Source: a virus
Virus record (IMG/VR): IMGVR_UViG_3300029812_000326
Location: 44,871 to 108,870 of that record
Strand: one strand, 5' to 3'
Length of the DNA: 64,000 nt
In this document: piece by piece, positions 56,757 through 64,000 of the stretch
Numbering within the stretch: position 1 is the first letter of the stretch
Layout: every line of letters begins with the position of its first letter
The notes under the pieces: model-generated
The model's database searches: none
What the model saw: the letters and a program-made list of their open reading frames with translations, nothing else
Told to the model about the DNA's origin: nothing
Program-made: the position numbers and the translations under genes

Positions 56757-57782
56757 TCATCTTGGAAATTTTATTTCAGCACTTAGCTTCAATTTTCGTA
56801 GGGCATATTTGACTTGCTTGACCACATTTTTTGGCGAGATATTCAATTCAGCAGCAAGTTTATCTACCCCCACCGGAGGACCATCTAAACCAATTAGATT
56901 TGATAGTATATATTGATGATTTTTTCTCAAATTTTGCATTTTTCGTTTTATTATAGCTTTTAAAATCAAAATATATTCATTGCCAGTATTTCCATGATCA
57001 ATCATATCAAAAACCGGAACCATTTCACCTTCCTCATTTTCTATTTCAGAAATAAATGTTGGATGCTTGCAAGGATTCAGAATATTTCTGCATTCTTTTT
57101 GTTCTTTCCTATTCAGTTCCCGCTCATTTATACTATGTTCTTTATACTTATTAAATGGAATCTCAATAGTCACATCCCTTCTGGTATATTTTTGTAATTC
57201 ATGTCTTACCCACCAAGTGGCAAATGTGCCAAAATGAAAGCCCATAGCACTGGAATATTTTCCGCTTGCTTTAATCATTGCGAATATCATTGTCTGATAT
57301 ATATCTTCAAATGAAGTGTTTCCCACATATTGATAACAGATCGGAAGTAACTTTTTAACATTAGATTCTATAAGTTTATCCCTAGCATTGTAATATGATT
57401 TCAAAATTGATTTAACTTTTAGACTTTTGGATTCATTTTCTGCAATTTTTGATATATAAACATAATCAAACTCAATCTTGTTTGCCAATTGCAGACTTGG
57501 ATTATTAACATATCTCTTGATTAATCCAATTAACTCCTTAGTTTGCATAGTCTTTGCAGTAAATCCATCCAGTAATGTATACCTGGATTTCGGATGAATT
57601 TTTTTAATATCCTCTATAAGATTATCAATGAAATATCTTTTATCATAAATTCGTTTCAAAATTTTATTCCTGCAGTCTTCCATTGTTATTGCTAAGGTCA
57701 TCTCCTCTTCTAATGTTAAACTGGAAGATGCAAATTTTTCTATTTGTTTTTTGATATATTCTTCTATATGCATTTTATCCAC
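56757..57782 (-). CDS. Phage sigma-70 family (RpoD-like) factor
   Basis: Region 1.2 LTLEEEMTLA; region 2 ARDKLIESN...FEDIYQ...GFHFGTFATWWVR; region 4 IGLDG...LAAELNIS...ALRKLK. Confidence 0.85.
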   Translation of the reverse strand: MDKMHIEEYIKKQIEKFASSSLTLEEEMTLAITMEDCRNKILKRIYDKRYFIDNLIEDIKKIHPKSRYTLLDGFTAKTMQTKELIGLIKRYVNNPSLQLANKIEFDYVYISKIAENESKSLKVKSILKSYYNARDKLIESNVKKLLPICYQYVGNTSFEDIYQTMIFAMIKASGKYSSAMGFHFGTFATWWVRHELQKYTRRDVTIEIPFNKYKEHSINERELNRKEQKECRNILNPCKHPTFISEIENEEGEMVPVFDMIDHGNTGNEYILILKAIIKRKMQNLRKNHQYILSNLIGLDGPPVGVDKLAAELNISPKNVVKQVKYALRKLKLSAEIKFPR

Positions 57783-57949
57783 CTGGAAATTGTAACGCCC
57801 ATTCCTGATTCTAGGTAAACTCGAACTCCATTTATTTCGACTATCATTGAGGATGAATTTCTTTCCTTAGTTTCCTGTACATACTGATCCATCATCTCTT
57901 CATATTGCTCATCTGTTGGTAAAGCTCCTTCTACAAAATTTTGATCCAT
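57764..57949 (-). CDS. Hypothetical small protein
   Basis: TAATG-coupled to the polymerase; GGAGG RBS. Confidence 0.5.
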   Translation of the reverse strand: MDQNFVEGALPTDEQYEEMMDQYVQETKERNSSSMIVEINGVRVYLESGMGVTISRWIKCI

Positions 57950-60900
57950 TATGACCCTCCAAATAAATCATTTTGATGAATTTCTTCTAATCCAAATAGT
58001 TTTAATGCTTTATATATTTCTTGAACGTAATATTTATGATCGATTTTAGCTTTATCAGTTACCAATGCGGATATGTTATAATTTTTTCCTTTCGTAACCA
58101 CATATTCGATCTGCATTCCCAAATAGGGTTCAATCTCAAGAGCTTTCCTGGCTTGCTCTGCCAATCTTCTTTGTAGGCAATTTTCATTTATATAATCAAA
58201 AATTGGCTTATTGATTCTTGTTGTCATAATAAAATAATTTAATGGATATTTTTCCAAATCCATATATTTTGATACTGCTTCCCAAATTATATCTTTGCCT
58301 TCTTCCTCCAAAATCATATCTGCAACCATGGTCAAGATCTTATCATATAACAAGCAATGTCGCGATGATTTGAAGGCAACGCCATGAAATATAATTCTAC
58401 CCTCTTTAAGTTCTCTATATAAATAATTTTTAGATAAATGAAAATATCCCGAACCATAAACTTCTCGGTCTAAATTCACTATAAGATCCTTCACAGAAGT
58501 AATTGGCCGAATCAAATTGTAGATAAACTTTTCTGCGTCTTTAACATTGATATCGGAATCAATGTACACGCCATCAGTATTGTGTAATACTATTCCACCG
58601 ATTCCGCATACAAATGTACCATCTTCTGTTGAAATATCATAAACTTCAGTTGATTCGGAAGTCAATTTTTTGATTTTTTTCACCAAATGTTGATTGACAG
58701 AAACATTGTGAGATCGAGACATTTTCTTTCTTAAGGTTAGAATATTAATTTTATCATCTCTTATTATAACACCACTTTCCTGACCTGCAGAATTTAGGAT
58801 GTATTGAATCCCAGCGAATAGTGTATGATGAATAGAATCTATTGATTCGATATGCTGTTTCTTTGTAATATTAATATATCCATCTCCATCCCACAATCCT
58901 TTCAAAAAAGCTTTTTTAATCTTTTCGGTACCATTTAAAACTGGCAAAGGAACCTTTTTCCAATTTCCTTTTGTGTAGCAAAGATGTTTCAATTCAGTAG
59001 CCGCAAACTTATGATCCTTCTCTAATTTGTAACAATTGGATGATTTCATAGTATCATATAAATGCATGTTAACCATGTACCGAGATTCGAATATTTTATT
59101 TATTCGATTCAAATATTCTAAGTTTTGGTTCGAAAATACGACTTGATATCTTGGGCGATTATCTATCGTTACAGATCCTTCTGCTAATAGAAATCCCAGA
59201 AACCACGCAAAATCTTCAGATATATCAGTATCGAGTTCAGATTTCGGCAACGCCTTAATTTCAATTTCATCTTGAGGAAATAAATTCTTCGGTGTTACTT
59301 CTTGTCCATTTCTATGAAAAAGCGAATGATCTTCCGTTGCTTCAACGTAACCATTGGTTGTATTAATCCTATATATCTGCTTTTGGACTTTATGTCTTTT
59401 CACATAGTTTATTCCCTTCCAGCCATTCCGAGTAAAAACTTCAATATTTTTTGGAATATTATAATATCTGTGATATCCTTTTGGAATCAGTTCTTCAATT
59501 GGAACGAAATCTACGTATTTCTGATCCCGTCTGATACATATTGGCGTTTGCCCTGTGACACTATCCACTTCAATAACTTTATCACGATATTTATCAACCA
59601 ATTGCTTGATAATCCATCGGCAAATCCCGACAATTGCAATAGCTGTGCTCAAATCTCCATATTCCGTACTACCAAGTCCCTGAATCCCGTAGATACTGTT
59701 TATTTGAACCTTGAGCGTATCAGTAATGGCTTTTATCTTGTTTGCCTCATCCAAAGAAGCATCTTTGATTTTTGCTTTCAATTTAAATCTGTTATCCATC
59801 AGTAATCGGAGCTCATCTGAAATTAATCCTGGCTTGGATTGATCAACCCGAATGATTAAATTTTTCTGAAGATTTTTATCTGGGATTTGTAGCCATAATT
59901 GATTATTTTTCAATTTGAATTTAAAATCATCTTCATTAGTAAATTTCATCATCTTAACTAATTTGGTTGTTTCCGGGCTGAGTCCAAAATTCACCATTGT
60001 AGATGGATAAAATCCTGAGAAATCTAATTTATAAACTTTACTTATGAATCCATGTTTCAAAATATCTACATATGCGGCCTGGTACTTACCTTCCAATTCA
60101 TGATATCTTTTGAAATTGGAATCCAATGGTATGTATCCAGCGCTTCTTAGTTTTCTCGCGGACATTATTTTTGGCACAAATGAAGGATAGTCATTTATAA
60201 TAAATTCAAGGGGAATTCCCATAATCTCTGCAGTACTTAAATGTAAAGGCATATAGATTTTATATAATTCCCATAGAAGATTCACATCCGATTTCTGATA
60301 TTCTCTAAGTTTTTCTGTTCCAATCAATTGTTCGGTATTGGTAAGTTCGTCATTAGTCAATTCTTCATGGGGGATTTTAAACCATTCAGCTACCGTTTTC
60401 AGTTTTTTATTTTTTATGCCCAGCATTGATTGATCTCTATCAGTATCAGTATTGAAAATATCATAATGTACATGACCTGGAATCCTAGATGTTTCTTTAT
60501 CTTCCCAATTCGATGGAATTCTTGAAAAATCTGACAAATTAATACCACAATATTGCGATCTAGTAATTAGAAATGGAATGTCAAATCTTCTGCCATTATA
60601 AGTTATCAAGATATCTGGATTCTTTTCCCTAAAATATTCTAAAAATTCTATTATGATCCTCTCATCAGGATATGGGCGCTTGAGATCTTTCAATGAAATC
60701 TCAAATACAACCTCCGGTTCATCCATATATTTTGCGCCAATACATATAATAGGATTATTATTTGGATTCGGAAAAATTCCGGAACCGTTGGTAAGAACTT
60801 CAATATCAAATGCCATAACATCTGGCATCCCATTCTCATACTTTCTAAAAAAATCTGGATGATCAACAAACATCGCCTCGAGAAACCTAAGATAACTCAC

Positions 60901-61146
60901 ATCATGTCCCAAATTCTTTAAACTGATAGCTTTTTCCGCTGCATCCGCATCACTCCTGAACTCGTATACATATACATTTTTCTCGGTTTTTGAACCCAGA
61001 TCAATAAGTTTCAAGTTCTTGGCCGCAGATTTTGATTTTTTCGTTGTTAAAATATATGGCATCATAGGTGCAGGAATCTTTGTAAGACGTTTCTTATGCA
61101 TTATTAAAAGTTGATGGGTATAATATGCGGTTAAAGGTACCTTCAT
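57949..61146 (-). CDS. polB: Family B DNA polymerase with intein
   Basis: ExoI FDIEV, ExoII TYNGRRFDIPFL, motif A DFSGFYPS, motif B KVQINSIYG, motif C EVD|TDG split by the intein. Confidence 0.92.
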   Translation of the reverse strand: MKVPLTAYYTHQLLIMHKKRLTKIPAPMMPYILTTKKSKSAAKNLKLIDLGSKTEKNVYVYEFRSDADAAEKAISLKNLGHDVSYLRFLEAMFVDHPDFFRKYENGMPDVMAFDIEVLTNGSGIFPNPNNNPIICIGAKYMDEPEVVFEISLKDLKRPYPDERIIIEFLEYFREKNPDILITYNGRRFDIPFLITRSQYCGINLSDFSRIPSNWEDKETSRIPGHVHYDIFNTDTDRDQSMLGIKNKKLKTVAEWFKIPHEELTNDELTNTEQLIGTEKLREYQKSDVNLLWELYKIYMPLHLSTAEIMGIPLEFIINDYPSFVPKIMSARKLRSAGYIPLDSNFKRYHELEGKYQAAYVDILKHGFISKVYKLDFSGFYPSTMVNFGLSPETTKLVKMMKFTNEDDFKFKLKNNQLWLQIPDKNLQKNLIIRVDQSKPGLISDELRLLMDNRFKLKAKIKDASLDEANKIKAITDTLKVQINSIYGIQGLGSTEYGDLSTAIAIVGICRWIIKQLVDKYRDKVIEVDSVTGQTPICIRRDQKYVDFVPIEELIPKGYHRYYNIPKNIEVFTRNGWKGINYVKRHKVQKQIYRINTTNGYVEATEDHSLFHRNGQEVTPKNLFPQDEIEIKALPKSELDTDISEDFAWFLGFLLAEGSVTIDNRPRYQVVFSNQNLEYLNRINKIFESRYMVNMHLYDTMKSSNCYKLEKDHKFAATELKHLCYTKGNWKKVPLPVLNGTEKIKKAFLKGLWDGDGYINITKKQHIESIDSIHHTLFAGIQYILNSAGQESGVIIRDDKINILTLRKKMSRSHNVSVNQHLVKKIKKLTSESTEVYDISTEDGTFVCGIGGIVLHNTDGVYIDSDINVKDAEKFIYNLIRPITSVKDLIVNLDREVYGSGYFHLSKNYLYRELKEGRIIFHGVAFKSSRHCLLYDKILTMVADMILEEEGKDIIWEAVSKYMDLEKYPLNYFIMTTRINKPIFDYINENCLQRRLAEQARKALEIEPYLGMQIEYVVTKGKNYNISALVTDKAKIDHKYYVQEIYKALKLFGLEEIHQNDLFGGS
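58579..59562 (-). mobile_element. Intein (328 aa) with LAGLIDADG homing endonuclease at the pol-c site
   Basis: Starts SVTGQTP; block B ATEDHSLF; LAGLIDADG helices FLGFLLAEG and FLKGLWDGDG; ends VYDIST...VLHN followed by Thr. Confidence 0.92.
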
Positions 61147-61430
61147 TTAATTCCTTTCAAATTACCTATATCATCGATAGAAATATCATAAAATAAATCC
61201 AAATAACTTATAAATGCACCAAATCCTACAGATGGTGAAGAAAATATGGTGCATTTTGTTAGCACCAATTCATCACCAACTCTAAGAAATTCAAATTTAT
61301 TGCCTTGATCTGCTATTATCCAGGATTCCTCAGCAAATCCTGGCACCGCAAATCCGGGCGTCGCTACGTTAGGTGAACCTATTGATTGAATATTTCGAAA
61401 TGATCGTTGATGTTTAATTACTATTTCCAT
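61143..61430 (-). CDS. Hypothetical protein
   Basis: ATGA-coupled to the polymerase. Confidence 0.5.
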   Translation of the reverse strand: MEIVIKHQRSFRNIQSIGSPNVATPGFAVPGFAEESWIIADQGNKFEFLRVGDELVLTKCTIFSSPSVGFGAFISYLDLFYDISIDDIGNLKGIK

Positions 61431-61680
61431 ATAATATCATAATATTATAATATTCTGGGCAATTTAGAAATTTGAACAGTTTAACTTCCTTCCGATGAAA
61501 CCATGTAATATGAGTTATTTTCCCAAATATGACACATTTATAAGTTCCCTTGAGATATTCGGGATGATGCCATAAATCAAATTTGGATATTATTTTCCCA
61601 AGTCCCATTTGACATCTGAACCACTGTCCTATATAGATATCTCTCATAAAAATAGTTCCAAATATTCTACAGGTGGACAC
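61414..61680 (-). CDS. Hypothetical protein (start may be the internal MRDIY)
   Basis: Operon context. Confidence 0.45.
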   Translation of the reverse strand: MSTCRIFGTIFMRDIYIGQWFRCQMGLGKIISKFDLWHHPEYLKGTYKCVIFGKITHITWFHRKEVKLFKFLNCPEYYNIMILYGNSN

Positions 61681-61934
61681 ATCTTTATATTATATTTTCC
61701 CAAATAACATTGCAATTCTGTAAAATTAAATTGTCCATCCTCAAATGGAATTCTGAATTTAATTTCTGTTCCATTTTCAATGCAATGAAGATACATATAA
61801 TTCAAATATCCATAAAAATATGTTGAGGATCCGTAATTCGAACCATAATCCTCAATTGTATGAATTGATGCGCCCAGTTCCCTGGTAAACTCTATCCTAT
61901 TCAGATATAGTTTTCCAATCGAAATTTTCATCAA
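61644..61934 (-). CDS. Hypothetical protein
   Basis: Operon context. Confidence 0.45.
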   Translation of the reverse strand: MMKISIGKLYLNRIEFTRELGASIHTIEDYGSNYGSSTYFYGYLNYMYLHCIENGTEIKFRIPFEDGQFNFTELQCYLGKYNIKMCPPVEYLELFL

Positions 61935-62442
61935 ATGGAAGAGTAAATATATTTAAGTGCAATAAAAGGGAAATAATGGAATAATTGAACAGATCTATCC
62001 AACTGTCAATAAGAGATTCGTTCTGTGGATCATCTCCTCGGATATATAAATTCTGAAGCCGAGCAATTTTGTCATTGATCCTTACCAATACGCCAAATTC
62101 TCCGAACTTCATAATATTTCCATGCCCATAATCATGTTGTTTCTTAAACATTAATTCTAAAGCATTACATATGACGGCAGATCTTACTTCTTCAAAAGGC
62201 CTGGATTTGATCACCGATTGGGCTATCAGGCAATGAAGTGCCAATGTGGCCATTTTTGACCATCCAAAGAATCTTTGACGCTTGCCCGACTCATCATCTT
62301 CCATGTGTCTATGAATCTTTGATAAAATCGAATCCGCGGTACTTAAATAGTCCTTTGAGTTCAAAGAATTATTATATTCCACTGCTGATAGATATTTCTC
62401 TGCCGTAAATATGCATGCCTGTTGAAACGTGTTAGGCAGCAT
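61897..62442 (-). CDS. Nucleotide-modification-associated domain 1 (DUF1599/Nmad1)-like protein
   Basis: KKQHDYG..NI..FG..GVLVRINDKIARL.NL...NES..DSWIDL.NY; GGAGG RBS. Confidence 0.75.
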   Translation of the reverse strand: MLPNTFQQACIFTAEKYLSAVEYNNSLNSKDYLSTADSILSKIHRHMEDDESGKRQRFFGWSKMATLALHCLIAQSVIKSRPFEEVRSAVICNALELMFKKQHDYGHGNIMKFGEFGVLVRINDKIARLQNLYIRGDDPQNESLIDSWIDLFNYSIISLLLHLNIFTLPFDENFDWKTISE

Positions 62443-62509
62443 ATTGCCTCCAAAAACCAGATAATTTGATCTTAATTTATATTACCTGAAATTCATAAAT
62501 TTTTATTCA

Positions 62510-62911
62510 TCATCTTGCCAAGGCTGTATTATCTTTTCCTTCGGGTTTTGGACCTTTTTCATTGTCCGGAGCTGGCAAATCGGCTTTTAAATTGGCCAAT
62601 TCCTCCTGAGATACTATCTTTGGTCCTTCCGACTGACCTGGAACAACGATTTTATTTTGATTCTCTGTTTGTTTTTGTTGCTCTTCAATAACTTTCTTAA
62701 GCTTCTCCGCTTGCTCTTTTATTTCTTCATCAGTAAGTGCGCCCTTAGCTTTCAATGCTTCGACTACTGCTGCAATGCTGAAGGAAATTTGATTCAATGC
62801 TCCATAAATATTTTTTTCCATATTGGACAAATTTGGCATGAGCATATCTCTGAATTGCTCCAACTGCCGGAGCCTTTCTCTTTCTGACATAGTATTTGGA
62901 CCTGTTTGCAT
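62510..62911 (-). CDS. Hypothetical coiled-coil protein
   Basis: AGGAGG RBS; L..KG.LT.EEI motif. Confidence 0.6.
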   Translation of the reverse strand: MQTGPNTMSERERLRQLEQFRDMLMPNLSNMEKNIYGALNQISFSIAAVVEALKAKGALTDEEIKEQAEKLKKVIEEQQKQTENQNKIVVPGQSEGPKIVSQEELANLKADLPAPDNEKGPKPEGKDNTALAR

Positions 62912-62946
62912 TTTACAATGCCTCCTTCTTTGTTAATGGTTATTTA

Positions 62947-63216
62947 TTATTCTTCTTTGATCCGCAAGTAAGTTCTCATATCCTCCTTGGTAAAGTTCTT
63001 AACAAGGCTCTCTGTGGCTTTAGCCTCTTCTACTGTTTGTTTTGATGGTTCTTCCTGTTTACGACCCCACCACGTTTCACGCTTTCTAACTGCCGAATCA
63101 AAAGCGTTAAGGCAATCATACAGATATTCCGCCAGAATGAAATCAGGTGTATCCGATTCATTCTCACATGAATACTTATTAATTAGGCGCTCAAGTTCTT
63201 CTCTAAACTCTTCCAT
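62947..63216 (-). CDS. Conserved phage hypothetical protein
   Basis: LINKYSCENESDTPDFILAEYL motif; AGGAGG RBS. Confidence 0.65.
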   Translation of the reverse strand: MEEFREELERLINKYSCENESDTPDFILAEYLYDCLNAFDSAVRKRETWWGRKQEEPSKQTVEEAKATESLVKNFTKEDMRTYLRIKEE

Positions 63217-63285
63217 TATTACCTCCTTTCTAATCTGTACTTGATGCAGAAATCAATTTTTTCTAATCTTTAGGACATTTCGTGT

Positions 63286-63600
63286 TCATTCCCCGATCCT
63301 TCGGGTCTCCAACACTTTATACGTTATCCCACTGCGCTTATTTCCACATTTTTCATCAATTTCTGCAAATGATCTAATAATTTTGCCAATAATCATAACT
63401 CTTTCGCCTGGCACGAAATGACCTAATCCATAACTGCCGGCGCACGTTTGCTCTTTCTCATGCGGATCCCAACTAATTATTACATTTCCACGGAGTTTTT
63501 GGACTTCTGATCTTGCCATAGAAAGCTGAGCATCCAATCGTTCTACTTTATTCACCAATCGTTCGATCTGTTTTTCAGGATCTTTAATCTTCTTTTTCAT
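63286..63600 (-). CDS. Hypothetical protein
   Basis: GGAGG RBS; N-terminal coiled coil. Confidence 0.55.
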   Translation of the reverse strand: MKKKIKDPEKQIERLVNKVERLDAQLSMARSEVQKLRGNVIISWDPHEKEQTCAGSYGLGHFVPGERVMIIGKIIRSFAEIDEKCGNKRSGITYKVLETRRIGE

Positions 63601-64000
63601 CTGTTACCTCCAACAGTTTCTCAATATCTTTTTCGCTTAAAGAATCTAAAAATGCTTCGTATCCTTGAATTTTTCTATCACCATAGATATACCAACTGCC
63701 TTGCTTTTTAATGATTCCATTTGATACCGCCTCCTGAACGGCAAGTCTGGATACCGATATGCCTTCGCCATATATAAATGGAATTCTGAATTGAGCCATT
63801 TCATTTGCTCCCAATTTGGTCTTTTCCACTTTGATAACCATGCTGAATCCAATAGGATCTTTGCCCTTCATAGGCCAATCTGCTTTGGGACCTCGTCTCA
63901 TTCTGAGAGTCAATGAATTATAATGATGCAAAGCATTTCCTCCTTGAATCGTTTCAAATCCTCCGTATGATCCCAAATCTGCCCGCACTTGGGCTATTAA
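63584..64000 (-). CDS. recA: RecA/UvsX recombinase, C-terminal part (runs off the right edge)
   Basis: LIAQVR...GGNALHHY...KVEKTK...FIYGEGI...GIIKKQGSWY; frame open to the window end. Confidence 0.88.
   Translation of the reverse strand, partial: LIAQVRADLGSYGGFETIQGGNALHHYNSLTLRMRRGPKADWPMKGKDPIGFSMVIKVEKTKLGANEMAQFRIPFIYGEGISVSRLAVQEAVSNGIIKKQGSWYIYGDRKIQGYEAFLDSLSEKDIEKLLEVTDEKED

Noticed and set aside
59302-59805. 167-aa + strand ORF and the many other 60-120 aa antisense or nested ORFs in the track
   Set aside because: They lie wholly within well-supported genes on the opposite strand or another frame, with no motifs or RBS.
1-64000. tRNA, rRNA or large structured ncRNA genes; prophage att sites or host genes
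   Set aside because: Intergenic gaps are nearly all under 200 bp and none showed a cloverleaf or T-loop signature by eye; no integrase or cellular operon. A tRNAscan/Infernal run would confirm.

Overview
AT-rich segment of a large (jumbo-type) tailed dsDNA phage, most likely a myovirus. I saw no rRNA, tRNA, CRISPR array or cellular housekeeping operon. Bases 1-44354 (+ strand) form one tightly packed late/structural module. It opens with the 3' part of a giant ORF that runs off the left edge and carries motifs of both barrels of a two-barrel RNA polymerase. Next come a 2044-aa peptidase-M15/baseplate-hub protein, gp25-like and Baseplate-J wedge proteins, about 15 large baseplate/tail proteins, four beta-helix tailspike-like proteins, a collagen-containing tail fibre split over three ORFs, a LamG protein and RNase HII. 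Bases 44510-64000 (mostly - strand) encode two GT-B glycosyltransferase genes (three GT modules), a primase-helicase fusion, a Rad52/Sak annealing protein, Cas4-like nucleases, a sigma-70 factor, a family-B DNA polymerase with a LAGLIDADG intein, an Nmad1/DUF1599 protein and the end of RecA. Intact and fossil HNH endonucleases of three families are scattered throughout. Main hypotheses: (1) a phage-encoded virion O-glycosylation system, because a Ser-Gly motif is several-fold enriched in a subset of structural proteins that lie next to the GT genes; (2) a single-chain, probably virion-packaged RNA polymerase at the tape-measure position, with a candidate 13-bp phage promoter (TTGAACTATAACA, 4 intergenic copies); (3) a tail fibre cut twice at the same register of its repeat, suggesting assembly by inter-chain repeat complementation. 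All family calls come from motif recognition by eye, and all counts are hand counts.
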